Source of the DNA: a bacterium
Lineage (GTDB): Bacteria; UBA8248
DNA length: 64,000 nucleotides
Direction of reading: 5' to 3'
Assembly: GCA_965242545.1 (NCBI GenBank)
Contig: OZ251456.1
Location: 2,947,093-3,011,092 of the forward strand
Position numbers and translations under genes: made by a program
Shown: positions 18,401-26,511 of the stretch, one piece after another
How the letters are laid out: the number at the start of each line of letters is the position of its first letter
Position numbering within the stretch: position 1 is the stretch's first letter
Notes under the pieces: model-generated
What the model saw: the letters and a program-made list of their open reading frames with translations, nothing else
The model's database searches: none
Told to the model about the DNA's origin: nothing

Positions 18401-19306
18401 TCAGCCCTCCCCCGTCGTCCTGATGAGCCGCCTTCCGTAGGCCTGCGTCACGCGGTCCATCACGATGGCGAGCAACACGATTCCCACGCCCGCCTCGAGC
18501 GCGCGCCCGACGTTGAGCTGCTGGAGACCCAGGAGCACCTCGTTTCCGAGACCGCGGGTTCCGATCATCGAGGCGATGACCACCATCGAGAGCGCCATCA
18601 TCGTGGTCTGGTTGATTCCCTGCATGATGTTGGAGAGCGCCATGGGAATCTGGACGCCGAGGAGCTTCTGCCGCTTGCTGGCGCCCATGGCGTCCGACGC
18701 CTCGACGATGTCCTCGTCCACCAGGCGAATGCCGAGGTCGGTGAGGCGAATCACGGGCGGGACGGCGTAGATCACCGTGGCGAAGACGGCGGGCACCGCG
18801 CCCAGGCCGAACAGCATGATCGCCGGAATGAGATAGACGAAGCTCGGCATGGTCTGCATGAGGTCGAGCACCGGCAGGACGAAGTTCCGCATCCGATCGC
18901 TCCTCGAAATCGCGATGCCGATCGGGATGCCGATGACGATGCAGATGATGGTGGAGACCAGCATGACCGAGAGGGTCATCATCGCGTAGTCCCAGAGCTT
19001 GGGATCCACGAGTCCGATGCAGAGCAGGCAGCCGGCCACGAGCGCGGTCACGCCCCGCTTGCGGCCGCCGGAGACGTAGGTGATCGCGACCACGGCGGCG
19101 AACACGACGATCCACGGCAGATCGCGCAGGAAGTGCTCCAGGCCGACCAGCAGCGCGAGGAGGCTGTCCGATACGGTCTCGAAAACGACGCCGTATTCCG
19201 AGACCAGCCATTCCACGAAAGCGTTGGCCCACTTGTTGAGCGGCAGGTTCAGGGCCTTGGGCCACTCAACCGCCCATTCGGGAAGCAGTCCCCTCAAAAA
19301 CGACAT
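18401..19306 (-). CDS. proW: Glycine betaine/proline ABC transporter permease ProW
   Basis: Multi-transmembrane permease with EAA-like loop 'EASDAMGASKRQKLLGVQIPMA'. Start is 4 bp from the proV stop. Confidence 0.9.
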   Translation of the reverse strand: MSFLRGLLPEWAVEWPKALNLPLNKWANAFVEWLVSEYGVVFETVSDSLLALLVGLEHFLRDLPWIVVFAAVVAITYVSGGRKRGVTALVAGCLLCIGLVDPKLWDYAMMTLSVMLVSTIICIVIGIPIGIAISRSDRMRNFVLPVLDLMQTMPSFVYLIPAIMLFGLGAVPAVFATVIYAVPPVIRLTDLGIRLVDEDIVEASDAMGASKRQKLLGVQIPMALSNIMQGINQTTMMALSMVVIASMIGTRGLGNEVLLGLQQLNVGRALEAGVGIVLLAIVMDRVTQAYGRRLIRTTGEG

Positions 19307-19352
19307 GGCGAGCGGGCCTCCTCAAAGATTGCGCGCGCCGCGCGGGCGCGTC

Positions 19353-20402
19353 TCAGGCGGAGGCGAGGGCCGCCTCGACCTTTTTGGCGACGTCGGCCGG
19401 CACCCATTTCTTCCAGACCTTGTTGGTCTTGAGAAAGTGGATGGCGGTCGCCTTGGCGTCGCCGCCTGCCTCCTTCTCCAGATAGGCCAGCGCCTTCGAG
19501 ACGACGCTGGACGGCAGGGTGTACTTATCGAGGAAGGCGATGATCTTCGGATTCTCCGCCGCGAACTTCGCGGTGACCGACTTCGGCAGCTCCACCGACG
19601 GATAGGCGACCGCCTTCTTCGGGTCGCCCATCGCCTCCTCGCCGCCTTTCTTGAGCGCCGTGACGTGCTTCATCATCTCGTCCCAGTCGGCCTTGTTCCA
19701 GGCGGGCTCCTCGAGCTTGACGAGGTCGAGCTGGCCCAGGAGCGGCGTCGGCGCCCAGTAGTATGCCAGCACGGGCTTCTTCTTGATGTAGGCGCCCTTG
19801 ATGGCCGCCGCCAGCGCGCCGCCCGAACCCGGCCGGAAGTTCGTGTAATGCTTCTCGAGTCCGTAGGCGCGGAGCTTCACCGTGTTGATGAGCTCGCAAC
19901 TCCAGCCCGGGATGCAGTTCACGAACCGGCCCTTGGAGGGCTCCTCGGGATCCTTGAAGAGATGCTTGTATTTCGGGAGATCGAACACCGATTTGAGGCC
20001 CGGGTTCGCCTTCTGGATGAAGCGCGGGATATACCAGCCCTGCGCGCTGTCCGGCGTGTTGACGCTCAGACGCTTGATCTTTTTGCTTTTGAGGGCGGCG
20101 TCGTATTGATCCTTGATGTTCTCGTACCAGAGCTCCATGACCAGATCGTTCTTGCCCTTGTAGTGCGCGGCCATGATCGGCACGGTGCCGCCGTAAGTCA
20201 TCCTGACACTGCAGCCGTAGCCGTGCCGCAGGATGAAGGCGGTCACCTGGTCGTGGAAGTTCGCGCTGTCCCAGTTGAAGTCGCCGATGTGAACCTTGCA
20301 GGCGGCCTTCGCCTCCCCGGGCGCGGCTAGGGGGGACGCCGCGACGAGGGCGGCGAAAGCGGAAATCGCGAGAATCCTGAACTTCATGGCTTTGAGTCTC
20401 AT
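19353..20402 (-). CDS. proX: Glycine betaine-binding periplasmic protein (ProX/OpuAC), copy 1
   Basis: Signal peptide 'MRLKAMKFRILAISAFAALVAASPLAAPGEA', then a substrate-binding fold (NWDSANFH..., GWYIPRF...). Start chosen at 20402; the track extends 20 codons further. Confidence 0.85.
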   Translation of the reverse strand: MRLKAMKFRILAISAFAALVAASPLAAPGEAKAACKVHIGDFNWDSANFHDQVTAFILRHGYGCSVRMTYGGTVPIMAAHYKGKNDLVMELWYENIKDQYDAALKSKKIKRLSVNTPDSAQGWYIPRFIQKANPGLKSVFDLPKYKHLFKDPEEPSKGRFVNCIPGWSCELINTVKLRAYGLEKHYTNFRPGSGGALAAAIKGAYIKKKPVLAYYWAPTPLLGQLDLVKLEEPAWNKADWDEMMKHVTALKKGGEEAMGDPKKAVAYPSVELPKSVTAKFAAENPKIIAFLDKYTLPSSVVSKALAYLEKEAGGDAKATAIHFLKTNKVWKKWVPADVAKKVEAALASA

Positions 20403-20526
20403 GGCTGGTCCCCCGTCATTGCGCGCGCGGCGCGGTGAAAAACGGACGAATCTTTTCTCCAATCACCAGCCATCATACACGGACGGGCGCGAAACGCAAA
20501 CCGCCCCGCCTTCGCGCGGGCGCGTC

Positions 20527-21558
20527 TCAGGCGGAGGCGAGCGCCGTCTCGACCTTTTTGGCGACGTCGGCCGGCACCCATTTCTTCCAGACCTTGTTGG
20601 TCTTGAGGAAGTGGATGGCGGTCGCCTTGGCGTCCCCGCCCGCCTCCCTCTCCAGGTAGGCCAGCGCCTTCGAGACGACGCCGGACGGCAGGGTGTACTT
20701 ATCGAGGAAGGCGATGATCTTCGGATTCTCCGCCGCGAACTTCGCGGCGGCCGACTTCAGCAGCTCCGCCTTCCGGTAGGCGGTGGCTTTCCGGGGGTCG
20801 CCCATGGCGCTCTCCCCGTTCTTCCTTACCGCCGCCGCGCGCTTCATGATCTCGCTCCAGTCCGCTTCATTCCAGGCGGGCTCCTCGAGCTTGACGAGGT
20901 CGATCTGTCCCTGGAGCGCCGTCGGCGCGTAGAAATAGGTGAGCGCCGGCTTCTTCTTGAGATAGACGCCCTTGATGGCCGCCGTAAGCGCGCCGAGCGA
21001 ACCGGGGCGGGTGTTGGTGAAGTGCTTCTCGAGTCCGTAGGCGCGGAGCTTCACCGTGTTGATGATCTCGCAATACCAGCCCGGAATGCAGTTCACGAAC
21101 CGGCCCTTGGAGGGCTCCTCGGGATCCTTGAAGAGATGCTTGTATTTCGGGAGATCGAACACCGACCTGAGGCCCGGGTTCGCCTCCTGGACGAAGCGCG
21201 GGATATACCAGCCCTGCTCGCCGTCCGGCGTGTTGACGCCCAGCATCCTGATATTGCCGCTCTTCACGGCGGCGTCGTATTCGGCCTTGATGTTGTCGTA
21301 CCACACCTCCATGATCAGATCGTTCTTCCCTTCGTAGTGCGCCGTCATAATCGGCACCGAGGCGCCGTAAATCAGTCTCACCCTGCAGCCGTAGCCGTGC
21401 CGCAGGATGAAGGCGGCCATCTGGCTGTGGAAGTTGGCGCTGTCCCAGTTGAGGTCGCCGATGCGGACCTTGCAGGCGGCCTTCGCCTCCCCGGGCGCGG
21501 CGAGGGGGGACGCCAGAAGTGAAGCGAAGACAACAATCGCAAGAGCTCCGAGTCTCAT
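20527..21558 (-). CDS. proX: Glycine betaine-binding periplasmic protein (ProX/OpuAC), copy 2 (tandem paralog)
   Basis: Roughly 80% identical to copy 1 along the full length; the C-terminal ~60 aa are almost identical. Confidence 0.85.
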   Translation of the reverse strand: MRLGALAIVVFASLLASPLAAPGEAKAACKVRIGDLNWDSANFHSQMAAFILRHGYGCRVRLIYGASVPIMTAHYEGKNDLIMEVWYDNIKAEYDAAVKSGNIRMLGVNTPDGEQGWYIPRFVQEANPGLRSVFDLPKYKHLFKDPEEPSKGRFVNCIPGWYCEIINTVKLRAYGLEKHFTNTRPGSLGALTAAIKGVYLKKKPALTYFYAPTALQGQIDLVKLEEPAWNEADWSEIMKRAAAVRKNGESAMGDPRKATAYRKAELLKSAAAKFAAENPKIIAFLDKYTLPSGVVSKALAYLEREAGGDAKATAIHFLKTNKVWKKWVPADVAKKVETALASA

Positions 21559-21742
21559 GGTTGGCCTCCCGTCCTTGCGCGCTCCGCGCGAAGCGATGAA
21601 AAAACCTCAGGATGGGGAATTTTCCTACGGGCTGACGGGAAACGCAAACCGCCGCGCATCGGCTGTTCGCCATCATCTCGAAGCCGTTCGTTCGTGCTAC
21701 CATCGGCCTCATCGTCCTCCCGCCCGAGCGAGCGGCGCGCCC

Positions 21743-22756
21743 ATGCCCGAGATGAGATACGACCCGCTGCGCGGCGAATGGACGCTCATCGCGCCCGGCC
21801 GGCGCGCCCGGCCTCATCCCCCGCGTTACGCGAACGCCACGCCCCCGGAAGAGGATCCGTCCTGCCCCTTCTGTCCGGGAAGCGAGAGCGAAACGCCGCC
21901 GGAGGTCGCCGCCCTCAGGGACGAGGGGACGGAGGAGAACGCCCCCGGCTGGCGCGCCCGCTGCGTGGCGAACAAATACCCGGCCGTCGGCGAAGGGGAG
22001 CTCCTGCGGGAGGAGGGAGAAGTTTTCTCCTCTCTCCGGGGCGGGGGGCGCCACGAAGTGCTGATCGATTCGGCGCATCACGCAAAGAGCCTGGCCGACC
22101 TGGGCGACGCGCACGCGGGCGACGTCCTGCGTCTGCTCCAGGGAAGGGCGCGGGCGCTCCTGAAGGTTCCCGGCGTCCGCTCCGTCTGCGCCTTCAAGAA
22201 CCACGGCGCGATGGCGGGCGCGTCCATCCTCCACTCGCACATCCAGATTCTCGCCCTTCCGGCCCCGGCGGGCGGAGCGGAAGGGGCCCGGCGACAAGAG
22301 GCGGCTTTTCACAGGGAGCGAAACGCCGCGCTTCTGGATCACGTGATCGCCGGGGAGATGGAGAAAGAAGCGAGGATGGTGGAAGGAGGAGCAGGGGGCG
22401 TCGTCGCGTTCTGCCCCTGGGGGTCGCGCTTTCCCTATCTCGTCTGCATCGCCCCCTGGCCGACCGAAGCCTCCTTCACGGACGGCGCGCCCGGGGCCGT
22501 CGCCGCGGCGGGGGGCGCTCTGGCGAGAACGCTCAGGCGCTACAAGAGGCTGCTGCGCGATCCGCCCGTCAACGCTTCTTTTTTCCTGGAGACGAAGGGC
22601 GTGGGCGAAAACCCCGCCGCGCATCGCTGGCGCATCGAACTCTTTCCCCGCCTGACGCCTCTGGCGGGCCTCGAGACGGGACTGGGGGCGCACGTCAACG
22701 AAGTCGCTCCGGAGCGCGCCGCCGAGGAGCTGAGGAGCGCGGACTGCGAGGAATGA
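21743..22756 (+). CDS. galT: Galactose-1-phosphate uridylyltransferase-like protein (GalT/HIT superfamily)
   Basis: 'MRYDPLRGEWTLIAPGRRARP' aligns to the E. coli GalT N-terminus; Zn site 'CPFCPG'; active site 'FKNHGAMAGASILHSHIQI' corresponds to FENKGAAMGCSNPHPHGQI. Start is the internal ATG at 21743; the upstream 112 codons of the track ORF are antisense to proX. Confidence 0.7.
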   Translation: MPEMRYDPLRGEWTLIAPGRRARPHPPRYANATPPEEDPSCPFCPGSESETPPEVAALRDEGTEENAPGWRARCVANKYPAVGEGELLREEGEVFSSLRGGGRHEVLIDSAHHAKSLADLGDAHAGDVLRLLQGRARALLKVPGVRSVCAFKNHGAMAGASILHSHIQILALPAPAGGAEGARRQEAAFHRERNAALLDHVIAGEMEKEARMVEGGAGGVVAFCPWGSRFPYLVCIAPWPTEASFTDGAPGAVAAAGGALARTLRRYKRLLRDPPVNASFFLETKGVGENPAAHRWRIELFPRLTPLAGLETGLGAHVNEVAPERAAEELRSADCEE

Positions 22757-22870
22757 AGCGCCGCGCTCTCACGGACTCAACGAAAGCCGCGCCGGCGGCG
22801 GGCCGCCTTCGCTTGATTCGCGCCCCCTAAAGCGCGCGCCGCCCCGGCTTCGCCGCAAACTTCCGAAACC

Positions 22871-23486
22871 CTAATGCACGTATTGGCCGCCGTTCACGTC
22901 GATGGTGACGCCCGTGACGTAGCCCGAGCCCGGCGTGGAGAAATACCAGATCGCGTCCGCCACGTCCTCGGGCTCGCCGCCGAAGCCCACGGGCAGGCTC
23001 GCCACGATTTCCGGCACGCGCTCCTTGTGGACCAGGCGAAAACGCCTGGTGAGCGTCGCGCCCGGCGCAACGGCGTTCACCGTGACGCCGTGAGGCGCGA
23101 GCTCCACGGCGAGCCTTCTGGTGAACCCCTGCATGGCGGACTTCGAGGCGCTGTAGGCCAGCGAGATGTTCGGCAGGGCGTCGCGCGCGGAAATGGAGGA
23201 GACGTTCACGATGCGGCCGTAGCCCCTCCTCTTCATCGGGGCCGCGGCCGCACGGCTGGCGAAATAGCAGCTCGTCAGGTTCCAGTCCATGATCTTTTCC
23301 CACTCGGCCTCGTCCAGATCCTCAATGCCCGGGTTGTCCACGAAGCCGCCCGCGCTCCCGGTCCCGGCCCATGATGGCCACCCGCGCGCCCTCTCCGGCG
23401 AGGCGGATCGCCGCCGCCAGGCCGATGCCGTCCGTGGCGCCCGTGATGATGGCGACCCGGCCCTTTATCGAGGATCTTTCATGCAC
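22871..23486 (-). pseudogene. Short-chain dehydrogenase/reductase paralog, disrupted (internal ~150-bp deletion plus frameshift)
   Basis: The N-terminal 'HERSSIKGRVAIITGATDGIGLAAAIRLAGEGARVAIMG' (GTG start at 23484-86) and the C-terminal 'VDNPGIEDL...NVSSISA...YSASK...VNGGQYVH' are in different frames. The segment equivalent to 'LDVD...ILVNCAGG' of the intact neighbour is missing. Confidence 0.5.
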
Positions 23487-23497
23487 GGAAGCGGCTC

Positions 23498-24250
23498 CTA
23501 GTGCGCGTATCTGCCGCCGTTCACGTCGAGCGTCACGCCCGTCACGTAGCGCGCTCCGGGGCGAACGAGATACCACACGGCATCGGCGACGTCGGCGGCT
23601 TCCGCCACGCGGCCCAGCGGGATCTTCGAGACGATCTCGGGCAGTCTCTCCCTGTGCAGGGCGGCCACCCGGGGGGAGAGCACGACGCCGGGCGCCACCG
23701 TGTTCACCGTGACGCCGCAGGGCGCAACCTCGACCGCCAGCCGTCTGCAAAAACCGAACAGGCCGGCCTTGGCCGCGCTGTAGGCGAGGCCCGTCTCCAG
23801 AATGCCGTCGCGGCCCGACAGGGAGGAGACGTTCACGATGCGGCCGTAGCCCGCTTTCTTCATGGCGGGCGCGGCCTCGCGCGCGCAAAGGTAGCCGCTC
23901 TTGAGATTCAGATCCACGACGCGGCGCCACTCGGCCTCGCCCAGATCCTCAATGTCCGGGTTGTCCACGAAGCCGCCCGCGCAGTTCACCAGAATGTCGA
24001 GGCGGCCCCACGCGCCGAGCGTCTCTCCGAAGGCGGCGCCGACCTGCTCCTCGGACGCGGCGTCCGTCCTGATGAAGCGAACCGCCTCGCCCATTCGCCG
24101 CGCGGCCGCCTCGCCCGCCGCCGCGTCAACGTCCAGCAAGGCGACGCGCGCCCCCTCCTGCGCGAGACGCTCGACGACGCCCGCGCCAATGCCGGCCGCG
24201 CCGGCCGTGACGACGGCCACGTGTCCCCGAATCGAAGATCTGTCTTCCAT
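23498..24250 (-). CDS. SDR-family oxidoreductase (FabG-like)
   Basis: 'VVTAGAAGIGAG' Rossmann motif, 'NCAGG', catalytic 'YSAAK', C-terminal 'VNGG'. Confidence 0.8.
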   Translation of the reverse strand: MEDRSSIRGHVAVVTAGAAGIGAGVVERLAQEGARVALLDVDAAAGEAAARRMGEAVRFIRTDAASEEQVGAAFGETLGAWGRLDILVNCAGGFVDNPDIEDLGEAEWRRVVDLNLKSGYLCAREAAPAMKKAGYGRIVNVSSLSGRDGILETGLAYSAAKAGLFGFCRRLAVEVAPCGVTVNTVAPGVVLSPRVAALHRERLPEIVSKIPLGRVAEAADVADAVWYLVRPGARYVTGVTLDVNGGRYAH

Positions 24251-24272
24251 CTCGGTCCCCGCCGAACCGCCC

Positions 24273-24638
24273 CTATTCGGACCTGTAAATCAGCAAAAGC
24301 CCCTCATAAGCGAGCATCGGAACCACGAACGGAACCAGAATCAGCCACAAGGTATTGTTCTCCAGACCGCTGCCCGCCATCTTGGCCAGGTAGTTGTAGG
24401 CGTAGAAATTCGCCAGCGCGCCGTTGAGGAGGGTCGCCGCGCGTCGATGCCATCCGGTTTCGCGCTTCACCAGATCGAGGAGATTCTCGAGGAGGACGAC
24501 GGCGAAAGCGGCGATCACGAAGGCGTCGATCCAGTCGAATATCGGTTTGGCGGCCTTGGGGTTGACGGCGAAGAAAAAATTGTTGAGCATCAGCGCGACT
24601 GCGACGATCAGAACGAAGAAACCCTTTTGCGAGAGCAT
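24273..24638 (-). CDS. Hypothetical membrane protein
   Basis: Three to four hydrophobic helices. Start set at 'MLSQKGFFVLIVAVALML' (24636-38). Confidence 0.45.
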   Translation of the reverse strand: MLSQKGFFVLIVAVALMLNNFFFAVNPKAAKPIFDWIDAFVIAAFAVVLLENLLDLVKRETGWHRRAATLLNGALANFYAYNYLAKMAGSGLENNTLWLILVPFVVPMLAYEGLLLIYRSE

Positions 24639-24749
24639 GGCTCTCCTCCTCACGGTCCATGGCGAAGCGATCCGGACGCCCGTCGGGCCGCCCGGCGTCG
24701 GCTTCATCCGTTCGCGGCGCGGCGGACGACGCTCAACCCCCGAAAGCCG

Positions 24750-25262
24750 CTATCCCGCCCGCGCCGAGGCGAAGTAGGTGTTGCCGTCGAAATCCCACCA
24801 CCGCGCGCCACGAAAGCCCGCTTTTCGCAACTCGCCCGTGAGTTCGGGCGGGCGAAACCGGGCGCGAAGGGGCGGCCCGAAGTCCATCGGCTTCCTGTGC
24901 CATTCGATCAGGACGAGCGCGCTCTTTTTTCGCGCCGCGCGGCGCAATTCTCCGAGCAGGGGCTGGGGATCGGCCATGCCGTGAACCACGAACGCGAGAA
25001 GCGCGAAGTCCGCGCTTTCGTCCGCAAAGGGAACCCGGGAGCTCCCGCATCGCTTCGCCGTCAGATGGGCGAAGCCGCGCTCCCTTGCCCGCTCCCGGAC
25101 TTCCTTAACCATCACCGGCGAGACGTCGCAGGCGAGCACGCGCCCGTATTTTCCCACCACGCCGCAGGCGGGAATCGAGAAATACCCGGGGCCGCAGCCC
25201 ACATCCAGGAAACTCATGCCGCGCCCGAGCCCCAAACCGCGCAGCGTCTTGGCGGGCGGCAT
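24750..25262 (-). CDS. Class I SAM-dependent methyltransferase
   Basis: Motif I 'FLDVGCGPGYFS' and post-I acidic 'LACDVS'. Start at 25262 (MPPAKTL); the upstream extension in the track has biased composition and no homology. Confidence 0.6.
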   Translation of the reverse strand: MPPAKTLRGLGLGRGMSFLDVGCGPGYFSIPACGVVGKYGRVLACDVSPVMVKEVRERARERGFAHLTAKRCGSSRVPFADESADFALLAFVVHGMADPQPLLGELRRAARKKSALVLIEWHRKPMDFGPPLRARFRPPELTGELRKAGFRGARWWDFDGNTYFASARAG

Positions 25263-25345
25263 GATTCGGCGCCTCTGGGGGGTGAGCAGCAGATGCCGCC
25301 TGCGGGCCGGAAACGTCCACTCCGTCCGCGGCGGGCGCGCGGCGA

Positions 25346-26437
25346 TCAAGCCTCGTCCTCGAGGTAGCCGCCGAGCGCGTCGCGGATGAAGTCCTCCGGG
25401 TGCCCCTCTCTGATGAGCATGAAGCCCTCCACCAGGCACTCGAGCTTCCGCCGCTCCCGGTCGAGGCGCGTCTGCCCCCTCCGGCTCAGGAGCCTCTCCA
25501 CGTCGTCCATCGGCGCGCCGTCGAGCGCCCATTTCAACCCCGTCTTGAGAAGAGGCTCCTGAATCCACTCGAGGCGCTCCTCAATCGCGCCGCTTCCCTC
25601 CCGGGCGGCGATGCCCGCGAGCTCGACGCACTGGCCGATGATGTCGACCGCCGCCTGGGCGGACGGAGAAAACCGGACGCCGGGCAGGCGCTCGTAATCC
25701 GCCTCGCCCTCCGGCAGAAAGGCGACGAGGCGCGCCCTCGCGCGCTCCTCGCTCACGCCCTCGATGATCGCCAGCGCGCCCTCGATGGCGATTTCCCTGT
25801 TCCTCTCCATCGCGCCGAGGGCGGAGTCGATTTGCCGCACGAGGATCGTCTCCGCCTCGCCGGAGGGCGTCTGATCCACCAGCATCCGCAGGCCGGTGGC
25901 GAAAATTCCGTCCGGGCTTCGCTCCAGGGCGGGCTCGAGGGAGAGCAGACCGTGCCGCTCCGCGCGCGCAGCGAGGGCGGCGACCACCGAAACCGCCTGC
26001 CCGGCCGCGCTCCCGGGAGCATGAAACGCGGCGAGCTCTTCTTCCACCGTCCGCTCCAGCGGGGGAATGGCGTCATCGGCGGGGCCGTCGAACGTGATGT
26101 CGCCGTGCTCCTTCATGGCGTAGGCGGTCTCCATCAGCAACTGACGCGCCTCGACCACCCGGTCGCCTTCGTCCGCGACGCCTCTTTTGATCTCTTCCCG
26201 AATGCGGCGGGCGTTTTTCGCCGAGACGTTTCCGAGCACCCGATCCACCACCCGCGCCTCCGCGCTCCGAAGCGCCCTGGCGAGAACCTCGAGGTCGATT
26301 CGCTCGATGACGCGGCGCAGCGCGCGGCCCGACATCTCCGCGAAGGGCGTCAGGTCGGGATTCTCGCCGGGGGAGAAAAAGCGATGCCCGGGGCCTTCCG
26401 GGCCGGCGTTCATCCAGCGGTCGCCATCAAGATTCAT
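25346..26437 (-). CDS. FliG / MgtE-N domain-containing protein
   Basis: 'RALRRVIERIDLEVLARALRSAEARVVDRVLGNVSAKNARRIREEIKRGVADEGDRVVEARQLLMETA' resembles the FliG C-terminal / MgtE-N helical repeat (…NMSKRAAEMLREDLE…VEEAQQ…). Occupies the position downstream of yidC where jag is usually found. Confidence 0.5.
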   Translation of the reverse strand: MNLDGDRWMNAGPEGPGHRFFSPGENPDLTPFAEMSGRALRRVIERIDLEVLARALRSAEARVVDRVLGNVSAKNARRIREEIKRGVADEGDRVVEARQLLMETAYAMKEHGDITFDGPADDAIPPLERTVEEELAAFHAPGSAAGQAVSVVAALAARAERHGLLSLEPALERSPDGIFATGLRMLVDQTPSGEAETILVRQIDSALGAMERNREIAIEGALAIIEGVSEERARARLVAFLPEGEADYERLPGVRFSPSAQAAVDIIGQCVELAGIAAREGSGAIEERLEWIQEPLLKTGLKWALDGAPMDDVERLLSRRGQTRLDRERRKLECLVEGFMLIREGHPEDFIRDALGGYLEDEA

Positions 26438-26511
26438 CCTCTCCCTCCACGGCTATCGGGAACGCGCGTTCAGCGCCGGCGGCGTCGCTTTCGCCAGGGG
26501 CGGCTTCATCA

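Noticed and set aside
20867-22693. 608-aa minus-strand ORF, the 378-aa ORF 21694..22830 and the N-terminal extension of 21407..22756
   Set aside because: The real genes here are proX copy 2 (minus strand, other frame) and the GalT-like gene starting at 21743. The long ORFs are Arg/Gly-rich shadows.
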